This document shows positions 47,901-59,222 of a DNA stretch of 64,000 nucleotides, piece after piece (position 1 is the first letter of the stretch; each line of letters begins with the position of its first letter). This stretch comes from Schizochytrium sp. TIO01. Taxonomy: Eukaryota; Protista; Bigyra: Labyrinthulomycetes. Below the pieces are notes generated by a model, which did not search any database, had not been told where the DNA came from, and worked only from the letters and a program-made list of their open reading frames with translations. Location: assembly GCA_004764695.1 (NCBI GenBank), contig SMSO01000007.1:124001-188000 (forward strand), written 5' to 3'. The position numbers were made by a program, and so were the translations under genes.

Positions 47901-49571
47901 TCTCTGCAGCGGTGTGCTCTTCTGTTTTCCGCTGGACCCGTCGTACGAAATATGTTCATCAATAGTTGCCACTACACGGTCTTCTGTGAGGTTGAAGCAG
48001 TGTTGTGCGTATGTGTCAAGCGTGACATCCACTGCGGCAATCATCGCAGTTTTTTTGTCCCTGTACTTTGCAAGAAGCTGTCCGCAACTGGCCCGAGCGT
48101 GCGGATGGAACTCAGCTCTCAGACCAGCGCCCATGATTCCGAGGAGTTTGATGGCATCAACTACGACTGCCTGATTAGAGTCATTTTGAATAGCTCCGCG
48201 GAGCAAACGCACAACTTCAGAGTATTCACCCTGAGCTAAGCGTGGTGTGGGCCCACAGAACTCGAGTGCGTCAAGAATAGGCTGCCGGCGGTCCTTCCAT
48301 TTAGGCTCTTGGATCTGCTTCTCAAAGTTCAATTCTGCAAGTTTTTCCAGAAGGTTTTTCTCGGGAAGGACATCATAGAGGTCAGGAGCTGCACCATCCG
48401 CTGCATCTTCAGCAGATTGTCCTGAGCCGGCCTTTGCTTTAGCTTTGTCAAGGTCTTCTCCGCGAAATCTACGGCTCGGTTCGGGCAAGCCTTCGTCGCT
48501 CGAGCGTTTAGCGGCGGCATCTTCGATCGCTTTCACAACCGCTTTTTGTGTGGAGGCATTGTCAATGGCAGCTGATACCAGGTCTTTGAAGGCACCCATA
48601 AACCACATGTCCATATCCACGGCAATTCCCGTGGCCATAGTCCTGATACTCGGGTTCTTCACGTCATTTCCCTGTACAATAGCTTGCTGCACGACTTTAA
48701 TCGGAAGCCGGCGGCCGCCAAACTCTTTGATTGCAGCCCGGAAGCATTCAAGACAGGCAGCCCCAACCTTTGGGTTTTTCTCCTCGAGACCTGTGAGTAA
48801 AGCCTGTAAAGTTGCCTCCATGCTGGGCGCTCCGATCTCCATAAAATCAAGAACGAGATCCATGGAGCGCTTCTTAGTTCCCGGGCGACCCACAAGCGCC
48901 TTTTTAAAGAGCTTGGGCACAGAAACTCTAATAAGCTCGTTTTCGTCCTTGCCATCGTAGATTTGCTTGACAAAGGCACTGGCGGCTTCCAGGGCCGGGT
49001 CAAGAGCTCCCATGCCAATTTCTGTAATGCATTTGTCAAATCGCTCTACAGTGAGCTCGTCTTTGTTGGAGGTTTGGGCAAGCTGTTCAAAACCAACTTT
49101 ACGCGCCTTCCAATTTGAATTGTTCACGAGTTCCTCAAGCGAGAGTCCGGAGAAGTCGTCGTCTGGGTTGTCCGCAACTTGCACAGCTTGTGGAACTACG
49201 GTTTTTTCTGCTGCTGGTGCTAGGGTTGACGTTGACATTGCAGGAGTAGCGGCAGGGGGCATAGGGGGGTCATCTTCAGGTGCTGCAAGAGTTTTGGCCA
49301 CAGGCTTTGGTGCAGGGCTGTTGGCGACGCGGGGTTTTGAAGCTTTGATGGGTGGTGAGTTTGCTACAGCAGCTGGCTTTGCCGGAGCTGGTAGTGCATC
49401 ATCCTGGACCACGCGTGGTGAGTGTTCAGGTGCCGTAGAGTCATCACCGTCGTCACCGAAGTCGACTTTGGATGACGAAACAGCTACAAGGTCTTTGGCA
49501 GAAAACATGCTCATTGCGGCAACACAGTCATCACACCGACATGATGCCGATCTTGTGCATACGCCCGACAT
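42000..49571 (-). CDS. CKAP5: XMAP215/ch-TOG/MOR1 microtubule polymerase (2523 aa, multiple TOG domains, single exon)
   Basis: TOG HEAT-A motifs SNWKARK, PKWKDRR, KKWQDK...GFKESNF, AWKVRL, plus DLLLKW...YEAHAFLPHL; S/P/K-rich linkers. Confidence 0.95.
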   Translation of the reverse strand: MSGVCTRSASCRCDDCVAAMSMFSAKDLVAVSSSKVDFGDDGDDSTAPEHSPRVVQDDALPAPAKPAAVANSPPIKASKPRVANSPAPKPVAKTLAAPEDDPPMPPAATPAMSTSTLAPAAEKTVVPQAVQVADNPDDDFSGLSLEELVNNSNWKARKVGFEQLAQTSNKDELTVERFDKCITEIGMGALDPALEAASAFVKQIYDGKDENELIRVSVPKLFKKALVGRPGTKKRSMDLVLDFMEIGAPSMEATLQALLTGLEEKNPKVGAACLECFRAAIKEFGGRRLPIKVVQQAIVQGNDVKNPSIRTMATGIAVDMDMWFMGAFKDLVSAAIDNASTQKAVVKAIEDAAAKRSSDEGLPEPSRRFRGEDLDKAKAKAGSGQSAEDAADGAAPDLYDVLPEKNLLEKLAELNFEKQIQEPKWKDRRQPILDALEFCGPTPRLAQGEYSEVVRLLRGAIQNDSNQAVVVDAIKLLGIMGAGLRAEFHPHARASCGQLLAKYRDKKTAMIAAVDVTLDTYAQHCFNLTEDRVVATIDEHISYDGSSGKQKSTPLQRKHMIAWIGRVLASGSCWNTSRKQLGSVDDAGFASLLSHMVNGCCDADADVREASTVALSSLLQGETKPQPMPDSCRNLLTSQVESLLTKNPILKKKFDAASSSAPAAPSTANDASSVSTAGSKRPAAAKSNKPPAASSFAPSDEAASVVSNQDDMSSSSDPPKRGPPKRFGLARKTGPASSSATGSSKSGPPGPSKRPSATSSRAASGAAAPASGGGDDGDMNDSGEAVMPDEEAVERVSALGLAGFSEAVSAFNDAKKWQDKMSLFECLTKHVDSQDTIDQAQAHALIAYVGAQTKGFKESNFNIMNEGWNVIEKTVNKSSGVARSYAAAILDPAIKKIGDRKQDEPVKNLCLALCETCGPKYVTFKLLKAAEKIASPKTLEESFVLLTTIAEEFGAKSLNIQNVINFASGPKGLAARQAPCKVKATALLAELFRQVGEPIRQLLGDKADGNVSEAFDKVGFQGASASAPKRKVKGEDSSDAAGGGSGAMDIGDLIPRADISNLLTDKLMNDLGDESSKTAWKVRLKTIEEVMEMIKSAHNRIQLTRNVRQLTAELRKRLADTNRNLAAKAAMALAMVGNAVGGDGAATLAKGTAGSLFSYLSDGKKTVVTAIKDALEQWTVHDGQVHAGAFFAMAHQAPEALRDMKNDRTVLLEWFLKNIKADGVLKTSADVNETLHALAEPFLSCLQSRDPKVRKLAGQAISVTVAYFGREEGEMLFKEGCRDLKPAVVRSITPLLKAAYDEASTALPGGDANSGPAPEADVPAPSAPAPSAASATAPVVARSETIQDAAPAPVAPVASAKSSSVVPSSSSSGIARPGPGASSRAPAVGKAPTRSGIPGPKKRVGTLRGTRRPGDPTPAAASAAASSEPDASVSSGPPFKPANPALRQKREERGRRHRWPAIFDEKDRLRMSELRQGLRDDLEKVLAEDLVKKMFMDADGGRAARGSALDPAFNILTEELPNYGPEARECFDLLLKWSTLQLHNNNSTVTLNVLQLLDHMFELASGGNYVLSDYEAHAFLPHLLHKLGEKQTRFRDSVRHIMELLCNCYPVSKYAPFVHSEVGPSQRSAYVLTECLSELARLARIHGLMLLKVKVGVGNNIMKTVAVMVDDSRKEVRSAALEFMEAIWEHEGRDNDALVNRVNHYKVELSNKATTLIVNHCKEARLRAPAGDLIPPAPDARSTQESSRRSTETSDRDDSFSQKSDPQAPQSPPRTSNIAGPARKLRLQRPGNTSPPSKPESTATAGQGRSGQSSMHVETNQHSQNYTVESPKTPEARGTRGARGNTELKFQFDLPATPPSPQNHKRMSMANTPGFATPHVEKENDPSLESFRRRSAGTPAMSKSARVVSALSDRVSAIPAQAKAYLDLIRDPQALDSDSRARTVREAGIKALALVGATEPPSDWVESGCGGQAEWINFMKDEMDIPAVVRVLLDFLDEVTSRSPPTMPLRDEDSQDVRDTQAENRLLKLVVPAIFTIAWWPELRRLAAGPINTESNPSSMGKRWTTTLCNLLARLMERRRLQKQLEMNPGGFAAGSEAIHEVFAEQDRLLKALQTTFAKLTETPSWLSAVLHRYRRCNEIVRHNSIPELADQEVYLKRVLRRAVLEYISLQESYVEMYQNVYMAGAVAALGDLVGSGIAEGDVECDDDRAMAERLVRSLLRTGNEFTQFVNPHGATRSLHLLVSHILVEQANQSHGQATTPARETSQPESFVDVEEEQEPLSARDAAPLNSQDSEKLQQIFGRFSQAIEGMSQQAKWNAFKELNVFFHEHPGFEDSLYLKEMSGPFHKHICEGVRKVREEEARARRATQTDSSRSSSRPGSADVSERIRRLRNLTLKATTQPSSQVANDFGAPEPTSASSLPSYTSTTAPRSTVVDTSYNSSASTDNEPLSSRSFGANEGVVSREPRSTEENPVDKIKQATSQANQAAQTAQSATLRSIRERMAARKQKMREAAGTDSGNPVE

Positions 49572-51663
49572 ATTTCTTCACACGTACGTGCTTTCGGGAA
49601 TACACGAGCTTTGGTCTTCTTGAAAGAGATTCCAATGCAAGTATATGAAGCCAATCTTCAGAACACTTCAAAAGACCAAGTTGAGAAGTGAGTTTCGTTT
49701 CTCTAATTATTCTGTCTTAGAGCCCAACAAACTACTCTGTGTGAGTAAACTTTTGTCTAAATATCACCACCTAAATTCAGTAGACTATGGCAAGATCTCA
49801 AAGGCCTTTCGACTTTTGCTAGTGTCGTTTCGAAAGCTGTTCTTGGTGAAATTATCGCGCTGTTATCTGTTCCCAAGCGCAGGGAAGCGATGTGTACTCT
49901 TAAGTATCCACTAAATACCCTTAGCCCAAAGAGAAGTTGAAACCGAGTAAGTTATCCGGCCTTGGCGATGGCGCAGACTTCTGCAAGCCGCCGTTGCACT
50001 CGCTATTTCCTGACTGCTGCTTCCTTTTTCTTGGCCACAGGCTTCTGGCCAGCTCCTCGACGCTTTATTCCTTTACAGCGTCAAGCTTCACGCGAGCGCT
50101 GCGTCAAAACCGGGTTTGCTTCGGCTTTGGCTTTCCGAGAGTCTTCAGGAGAGAGTCTATTCTTTCTTTCTTCTTGTTTAGTATTAGCATTCTTGCTAAC
50201 ACTCCTACTGTTATGACTTCCACTCTTAAAAGGCACTTTGTCGCAACGGGCCACCTGTAGTAGTTAGCTAACCGAAACCGTAGAACTCGCCACATTTCCC
50301 GTGCAACCGCCGTCGAGTCCCCAAATGCTCGTCAAATCCATGCCACAGGACAAGGCTTGGAGGATGCATGCATGTGTGGATATGCATGGCAAAATGCTTG
50401 GACGGGGACCATTGACCGCCACTAACTAGGAAAGAATCTGGCAAGGAGAAGCCCCGGTGACTGGATTCTGGCATGCGTTTTACGCCTGATGCTGCAATCC
50501 ATCCTTAGTTACTCGTGTATAGAACCTGAATTACATTTCGCAGATGAGGCCAAAGGTGATATCTTTAGAGGCTCAAGAACCATTCCTGCTGCGATAGAAA
50601 TTGGAGCTTAGGCTTACGATGTGTCAGAGCACCACCGACGAAGGCTATAGGAATGGTGAACGAACTTGGCTGATGGCACGACCTTGGAACCCAGGCGAAA
50701 CTCCTAAGATGTGATAGAGAGAATTACCAATTTCTCTACCACATTTTGGAAAACTGACGTACTTGCGGTGAAAAGTACAATTTCGGTTTGTTCAAGACTC
50801 TTGAGGTTAGAATAGTGTGCTAATCCGGCGACTCTTGATGACATTATTCACGCTAGAATAATGATATAGACAACACCACAAGCCAGAGCAAAGAAGGCGT
50901 GGCCTTTGTTTTATACAGGGTCGTTCAAGGATAAGGATCAAAATCAAAGTCATAACTCAGAAGCTTTTCAATGAGAAAGTGGGAAAGATGGGGTTGGTTT
51001 ACTATATACGAACTTGAAAAAGGGATAGAGACCCAGCACACGTACACCCTGCTGGATAGACAACTGAATGATGGATTTTGGGATAGACATGTTCCCGCAC
51101 ATGAATCACTTGAGGGTTTGGATAAGAAATTGAGGGGCTTGACATGAACTTCAAACGGGGAGAGGCAACAGCGGAAAATAGAAAAGGAAAAGAAGAACTT
51201 GGAGATGATAGTGATGAGATGAGGCTTTACGAAAGAGACACAGTCTCATATCATCTTGCCTTTCTTGGGTGCTTGTTATTATTTAACGAACTTTTCTTGT
51301 AAATATTTCTTGATGAGGTAAAAGGCCTGTATTTTGATTTCTTTGTTCCCCTCCATGAGTTGACCCGGGCAGTGCTATCTTCATTCGCTCATCCGTACAA
51401 GCGAACTCCCTAGGTTGAAGAAGGCATGCACAAGAAGAAAACAAAGGAATAGAATAGTAGGACGCAGAGGCTGTTTGGCGGCTCGCAAGGCTACATGGGC
51501 AGAGATCTTTGACAAATCACAGCAGAGAATAATGTGCATAGAAATGGGAAGAGATCCGTCTTTTGTGCAAGCGCGCCTTGCTCGCTTAGCTTGTGTGCAT
51601 CAGATTTGTTGCATTCGTGAACGGGTGAGTGGCTGGGCACGTAAATGAGAGACGGGTAAAAGC

Positions 51664-52368
51664 TTAGTTGTCGTAGTTTCGGACAAGGGAAACGATGAGA
51701 ATGATGAGAACAACGATGATGATGGTGGCAATGATAAGCGTGAGCTTGATCGACTTCCAGCGCTCGCTGCGGTGGAGGCGGGTCGCCTGTGTGTCAAAGA
51801 GGCGAGCCTGGTCCTGGAGAGCCTGTGTATCAGTCTCAATGCGCTCAGTTTTATCCAAGTTACGAAGCATACCGTCGATGTTGCTTTGCATGGTCAGTTT
51901 GACGTCGTTGACCTTGGACTGTACAGCGGAGAGCTTGTCCTTCTTGGTGGGGTCATCGTACTCGCGAACGACGGCATTGAAGATGGACTTGGCCTTTTTG
52001 TTAAGGCCTCCCTCCGTGGAGGTAGCCACGCGATCTCCAAGCTCCTGCTGGAAGCGCTTGATGATATCGTTGAGCATCGGGAACACGAGACGTTCAGGGT
52101 AGTCCGAGGTGGTGATCGCCACGTAGACGCGTTGCTGCTGGTCCGTGGTGAAGTTGAACGCGTTTACATCGCCCACAAGACGGTATCGAGATCCAGGAGC
52201 AACCTTGCTCTCAAAATCGGGTGCCGAGAGGACCTCGTTCACGGTGTTAAAGTACTGCGGCTTGTTGTAGTCTCCATCCCGAGCCACGTACGAAGCCACA
52301 ATTACCTTGTCCGTGGCACGTGCTACGGCCACGAACATGATGTTACGTCCGCTGTCTGCAATCGACAT
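51664..52368 (-). CDS. VAMP7: Longin-domain R-SNARE (VAMP7/VAMP71-like)
   Basis: N-terminal longin domain, R-SNARE coil VQSKVNDVKLTMQSNID..., C-terminal TM helix. Confidence 0.85.
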   Translation of the reverse strand: MSIADSGRNIMFVAVARATDKVIVASYVARDGDYNKPQYFNTVNEVLSAPDFESKVAPGSRYRLVGDVNAFNFTTDQQQRVYVAITTSDYPERLVFPMLNDIIKRFQQELGDRVATSTEGGLNKKAKSIFNAVVREYDDPTKKDKLSAVQSKVNDVKLTMQSNIDGMLRNLDKTERIETDTQALQDQARLFDTQATRLHRSERWKSIKLTLIIATIIIVVLIILIVSLVRNYDN

Positions 52369-52885
52369 CTTGAGCTATTGGTTGATACTGTGCTTCACGT
52401 GTCGTAGATTTGATCAATAATGTCGAATCGACTTAGGTTTTCTGAGGTTTCTCAGTGAAACGAAGAACAGCACCAAGTTTATTGAAACTTAAACTTCTGA
52501 GTGGTGATTCCGGAGACAGCAACAGTGTCGAGGCCTTCTCGGATTGCCCGGAGTTTGCGACGGGTTTTTGTTTCTCCGCTTCGATGCTTCTCTGAGCTCA
52601 AGGGTCTCTGCGCTCGTGTCTTAGCTCTATGAACTAAAACAATGTCTCTGTGCCAGGTCAACGCCCAATCCAGCGGTCCTTGCGGCTAGTGCGGGGTCGG
52701 TTTCCACGACGCTGCTGTTGCTGCTGCTGTTGCTGCCGCTCCTACGTGTCCCAATCCGGCACGGGGTACTGTCCCGGCGAGGCGCGGCTTGGCTCGCGAG
52801 TCTAAGGCTCTCTGCGTCGGCACTTGCGCGAAGGAGTTCGAGTTTGACTTCTCTTCTTCTTCAGTTCTCTCTCTCTCTCCAAATC

Positions 52886-52926
52886 TTTTCATTTTCATTT
52901 TCATTTTCATTTTCATTTTCATTTTC
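52886..52926. repeat. (TTTTCA)n hexanucleotide repeat
   Basis: Direct reading. Confidence 0.9.
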
Positions 52927-53912
52927 TCTCTCTTTCTCTCTCTTTCCGTATGTTTCAAAAGAAGGTTAATTTACTCCAAACTCATCCATATCGAATTTCA
53001 CTCTTTCTTTTTCCTTTTTCTTTTTCCCTTTTCCTCTCTATCATGCACTTACTAATCACAGGATCATCCTTTCCAAACTAAAAGAAGCTCGCTAAAACTC
53101 CATTGCTTCACTATAAAACTTTCCACCTTCACAACCAACCTGAATCCAAAGCGTACTTATTTACTCTCCTGGTTATGGTTGGTACCTGTTGCACCATTTT
53201 TGTAGTTCTTCGAAGCTAATTTAGCAGTTTAGCCGTGTTTGTTTTGTTGTTTTGTTTTCTTGTTTGAAGCAAACAAACGTTTTATTCCTTAATGGTATCT
53301 ATCTTCTCTGAAGCCGATACCGACGGTCGCGTCGCGCCGCGCACATGCTGAGCTCCTTGTTCTTTTCTTTATTCTTTCCAAGTTTTATTTATTTATTTAT
53401 TTTAATTTAAAATTAAAACTTGAACAGTTTATTTTTTTGTTAATTCAAAAAGACTTTTGTTAGGCCCAATAAAAAATGTTTGGCTTTGCATCATCGACCT
53501 TAGTTCCGTTTCTCTCTCTCGGAGCCCTCAATCCAGAGCGGTTGCTGACCACAGTCAAAGGACAGATATTGTTGCATTGGAGTCTGCCCAATCTACTTCG
53601 AAGATCTAGCGATGGCCTCGAGTTCACGTTACTCTCGAGCATGGTTTCAATGAGATGGTTTCCACGTTTGGCGCTGGAATTAGGGGAGTTGGGTAAAGCA
53701 GAAAAGGGGGGCTGAACTGATTATGGACTACTACTAATTCGGTTAGGAGGGTATGTAAACAGTCGAGAGGATGGCAGTGAGAGTTTTTTTTAATCTCAAG
53801 TTTTACGATTTATAATAAAAAATAGATACATCAAATATAGGGCTCCTATATTTGTAATATTATATTACGTATTCTGACCTATCTCGTATTGATTTCTTTT
53901 CATCCCTAAATC

Positions 53913-53927
53913 ATCAATTAATCAATT

Positions 53928-53960
<33 letters not shown>
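53913..53960. repeat. (ATCA)n microsatellite
   Basis: Direct reading. Confidence 0.9.
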
Positions 53961-55655
53961 GTAAATAAATAACTTTTATATAGCTAAATTGGGTCCGAAG
54001 TTGTGATTCAATTTTGCGATGGCGGTCATCAAAACCTGCGGCGAGAGCGCAGAACTCGAGCTGAGAGGCGACCAGGAGCCTGTAAAATCTCATGGATATT
54101 TGCGACGCAGGGCTTTTTCAAGGTTTGCGGAAGGTTGGAGCGGTTTCTACCGCCGTAGTTCGGTAGGACTTACAGCGGTGGGCTTACAGGTCGTCCCATT
54201 GTGATTGACAGCTGTGTCTTTGGAGCTCGAGCCTCAAGAATGCTCAGGTTTGGGGAAATGGCGACGCAGTGGCACATTGGAGGTGGATGGGCTCGAGCTG
54301 TATCTGTGACCAGATCTCTTTTGTGAAGAGTAAGGGGAATGGCTCTGACACACGCAAGAGCACCTGGAACTGGCTTCACGGACCAAGTGCCACACAAAAT
54401 GTGTAATAGGAGGCAGGCCGCAGGGTTTGTCGTGGGATGAACTTCAAGATTGATTGAAAAACAATAGGTACCTGCTTACCTACTAGCGTATTCAAGAGGC
54501 TGAAAAGGCAGAGAATGCATGTAGAGGATGGGGTGTAGCGTGTTGACAAGGGAAAACGGTTCGGTTGAACTCAAGGAGTGGCGAGATAGGTTCGTTTTTG
54601 TTTTGCCTTCTTTATACAAAACACAGCTACAATGAGCCTTGCCGGAATCGATAGATGATGAATGCGTGCTGATATAGCGTATTTGGCAACAGCAGTGCTG
54701 GAATGTTTTCGACTGGATCGAAATCTCGGTTCGCTCCAGTTCAGAATATTTCAACAATATAATATGGTAGGGAATGTGCTAGCTTTCGATGATATACATG
54801 GAAGCACAGTCCATAGATAAGGCGCGAGGGTTGAACGAAGTTTTAGTGAGCTTAAGATGGTAGATGCTCAAATCAAGAAATGCTTTCCCCAAAGGTTAAA
54901 TAAGCTGAGGTTAAAAGAAAGATAAATTCATTTCTAGCTTTTAATTTTCTAATTTATTATGAGAGAAGATGTAATTCTTGCAACAGGTTGAATAAGTAGC
55001 AAATGGGCTGCAAATTGCAGTCCATAGTAGCTAATAAAGGATAATGCCTATCTCAAAAAGGTTCCGCTATGATAAAGACAAAATACAATCAAACCCAAAC
55101 AAGAGCAATTAGAGTAGGCAAAAGCCTAACATCTTATTGTGAATGCGATGAGAATGGTGCGCTCTGTTGAGCGAAACCCTTTGACCATGGATTATCATCG
55201 AATTTCATATTTCACCAATCGCACATAGGGATAGTTTGCTCTGACTGTGAATTTCTTCCTCGGCCAGAGGACTTGTTACTCCATTTAGTTGGAGCACTTG
55301 GTCAAGCACGTCTCTAAATAGGAATCGAGGCGAGGATTGCATGTATAGTATTTTTTAAAATACGTTTTCTGTAGTTGGGGAGAGGTATGTATTCGTTTTT
55401 TGTTTTTTTTGTTTTTCTGTTTGTTTTTTGCTGTTTACGGGTTTTCTCATTTTTTTTAATAATCCGGAAAAGTGACGAACTAGTCACTATAACTCGGGAT
55501 CTTGGACAACATCCTTGTCGTGGCATTAAAATAGCTGAATCGAAGTTGCATCTTATCTGAACAATATGCCAACTATGAGATTCTCATTTCTTTGGACACG
55601 AGGACATGTACTGTACTATGCAACACAAAAGAAAGGTGAACACACATACTAGAAT

Positions 55656-56156
55656 TTAACGACGCCACGGCTCTCGGCCGCCGCGTTGGTGGGGAGGATA
55701 CTGCTGCTGGTGCGGTGGCTGCTGTTGCTGCGGGTATCCCTGACCTTGGTAGCCACCTTGTTGAGGGTATGAAGGACCCGGAGGGTACTGGGAGAAGCCT
55801 CCAGGCGGGCCCCGTGCTTGCAGAGCACTTGAAAGGCGATCCATAAGTGCACTCTTTGAGTTACTTGGACGGGAGTTTCCGGCAGGTTGTTGCTGGATTG
55901 CCATAAAAGGGTTCTGAGGAGGCCCACGGCCACGAGGGGGGTACCCTTGCTGCTGTGGAGGGTACTGGGGTGGGTAACTCTGCTGCTGTTGCTGAGGATA
56001 ACCATGTTGTTGAGGATAGCCGCCTTGATGCTGCCGAGGTGGGTAACCTTGGTTGGAGTGCGGGTACCCAGAGTGGCCACCACCACGACCGCCGCCATAG
56101 TCTTGACGAGGAGGATAGCGACCGCCACGACCGCCGCCATTGTAATTGTTATTATA

Positions 56157-56192
<36 letters not shown>

Positions 56193-59100
56193 ATTGTAAT
56201 TGTTGTTGTAGTTGTTGTTGTAGTTGTTGTTGTTGTTGAAGCGACCACCACGACCGCGTTTGTCGTACTGGCGAGGTTCAAAACTGCCATAGCTACGGTT
56301 GTGATGGTTGGCCTGGCGCTGCATAATACCTCCCTGATGTTGCTGGAAACTGCTAGGGTGTGCCGGCTGGCCCGTCTCCACAAGCAAGTTTGCAACATTG
56401 GCACCACGACCAAGTTTCGGAATTTTGATCACAAGATCCTGAGCAGTAAGGATGCTAGGCGGTAGCTTCACCCCAGGAAGAATCATAGACAAATGAGGCC
56501 GCATCTTTGGAAGACGAAATTCAAAGACGACAGTCTTATTATCCGGAATAGGATCGAGGCGGCGAGATGGGGCAGGAATAGTGGCACCCTCGATGAAAGC
56601 GAACTTCTTTGGCGGAGGAGTGAAGTATCCTGCCAACCCATTGGTTGCAGAGGCCAGTAAAAGACGAGCATTTGCCTGATTAGAGACAGCGCGAACATCA
56701 CCAGCGGTTGTTGGAGTGATCTCAAGCTTGGCAGCTTGCACTTGCTTGACGAGAGCCGTACTCTCAGCCTCCTTTGCGGCTTCAATCATTTTATCAGTTC
56801 CTACAGCATCAATGTGAGCAAACACAAGGTCCGGATTGTAATCATTACGCTCACGCTCGCCCGGCGTATACTCCTTTTCCAGCTCCTTAGCTACCTCCAG
56901 CAAGCGTTTCTCATCGATAAAAGGCAAAAGGGCCACCCAAAGCCAGCGGACACTTTTTCCATTAGCATCATAATCGAAACTAGTGGGGTAAAAATCCGCA
57001 ATTGGGGAATCAATATTGGTCATGTACCACCGCACAGGCTTCGGCAAAGCGTGAGCGCTTGCGGGAGGCAAAACACCCATCAGTTGCTCGAATGGTTTGA
57101 AGGGCATTGAAGGAGGGAACTCGATCTTGATAGTATCCACATTCACCAAGTCAGAGGCAAAAGGTGCATAATGAAATTCGTAGAACCAAGTCCACGATTG
57201 GCATCCACGGTAGTAGTACTCCATGACCCAGCAAAGACCTTTGACATAAGACTCAACAACCTGGCGACGTGCCGGTGACTTGGGATCCTCATACTCAGGT
57301 CCAAACTTGGATGCGTAGTACCGGTTCTTCCAGCCGGCTTCACCGAAACGAACCTCATCCTCCACATCTTCGTGAATGTTACGCTCCTTTTCCTTCTCCT
57401 TGACAAGACGCTCAAAGTTCTCTGCAGCAGAAACAGAATCATCTGCTTCGTAGGTATCGGTGCGGATTTTATCCACAGCATCCTTGGCGCGCTCCAGGGC
57501 TCGGCGAATATCCCGCTGAGGGCGGTTGGATTCCTTAGCCATCCTTTTCGCCGCCGGAGAGTCGCCCTCCATGGATTCAGAAGAAGAACTAGGCTCTGCA
57601 GCACGCTTTGTGCCCCCTTTCAGACGGTCGCGCAGTTCAGCCGCAGCTGACTTATTTGCGTCCTTATCTGGAGGCGGAGCTGCTTTGGGAGCAGCTTCGG
57701 AGCTTGATGCAGTAGTTTCCTTTGCACCTCGTCCCAGTGGTACCATGTTTGACGGATCAGGTGGAGGAGGTGCTGTCTGTTTGCTGCCACGGCCCTTTCC
57801 AAGCGGTACGAGGTTGCCAACACCTCCAGAGAAGTCTTGCACATCAAATTTACCACGCCTGGTTCTACCTTGTACTTCTGGGCCATTTCCTTTGGCAATC
57901 GCCATAGCTAAGTTACCCTCAGCACGAGTTCTGCCACCTTCGCGACGTGTTTGACGGTTGTTTTCGCGACGCTGCTTATCCCACAGCTCACTTTGACGAC
58001 GACGTCTAAAGATCTCATCTTCCACGGTTCCAAGTACACCCATATACACATCCACACGCTCAAGATTGACCTGGCCGTCGGTGGTCAAGTATCCGCCAAC
58101 AGTGGGTAATACGCGCTTGTATAAATCTAGCAGTAGCTCAAGGCCGCCCTCACGAATCGAAAGTGAAGGTAAGTGCGGAAGAAAGTCATTACCAACAAAG
58201 AAGCAGATGAACACGAAGTCGTCGATGCAAGCCTCAAAGTTGTACTCAAAGGGAAGCTGCTGGTAGAAGGCCTCTGGTCGGAATTCATGCTGAAGATATT
58301 CGCGCAGAATCCATAGGCGCACAAGGTCAAAGGGCTTCTTTTCAATGCCAACAAGACCTGTGTCGCCATCACTGTCTGGGCTTGCATCATTGTCGGTACT
58401 TGCTGCAGACGAGTTATTGAGCACAGCGTCCCGCTGGAACCCTTGTTTACGTTTGTCCTTGCCGAAGAGGACCTGTTCACGCAAGATGGTGAAGTGAATC
58501 TCATGACTCGCAAGACCAAGCATAATAAGATCGGCATCAAGACCATAGAGCACATGAGTGGTGTTGGGATCGTAACTCGGCTCTGCACGCTGACGGCGAA
58601 TGAACTGCATCACCTTGTGCTCGCCCTCACCTGGAGACTGGGCATCTGAGAGAACAACACGCACATTCTTGAAGGCAGGGTTCTGGTTGATACGCTCCGC
58701 AATGTAGTATCTGAGGAAGTCTGAGAGGTTCGACATGAACTCTGTGCCTGGGGTGATGACATTTGAGTCCCAGGGTTTGGCCTTTTTGGGCGGAGGGCGA
58801 TGCCCCTGACTAATCATTTCCTTGCGGATACGGTCGGCATCCTCCTCAGCTTCTTGAGCCTCTTGAGCAGACCTGAACCGGCGCGACCGCTGCTGGTTCA
58901 TTTTAGCACGTGGCGCGACGCCGTCAATGGCCATGTAAATGAGTTTCCGCGGACGGATCATATTTAGCAGGCGGTCGAGGTACCTGAAGATGACAAGGTA
59001 CATCTCCTCCTCAGTTTCCGGAGCTGGCTCGCCCTCAGGGTGCGTACATGGATGAATCAGACCGTTCATGTCCAAGTACAAGTTGTCAAACTCATAACCA

Positions 59101-59222
59101 TTAGGGTTTGGTTTGGTAGCATCGACCGGTGTCTGGTCCGGTCTTCTGTGCTCTTCAATGCACCTCGTCATGATCTTCGGATACTTCTCCGAGATCCATC
59201 TGAAGAATGCCGGGACACCCAT
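55656..59222 (-). CDS. XRN2: 5'-3' exoribonuclease 2 (Rat1/XRN3-like, 1188 aa)
   Basis: MGVPAFFRW, FDNLYLDMNGLIHPC, DGVAPRAKMNQQRSRRF, DSNVITPGT, PGEGEHK, GLDADLIMLGLASHE, GNDFLPHLP, SWTWFYEFHYAPFASD; no XRN1-type long C-terminal domains. Confidence 0.96.

Noticed and set aside
42149-49623. Many plus-strand ORFs of 100-295 aa inside XMAP215 (similar ones in XRN2, VAMP7 and others)
   Set aside because: Antisense shadows of codon-biased genes
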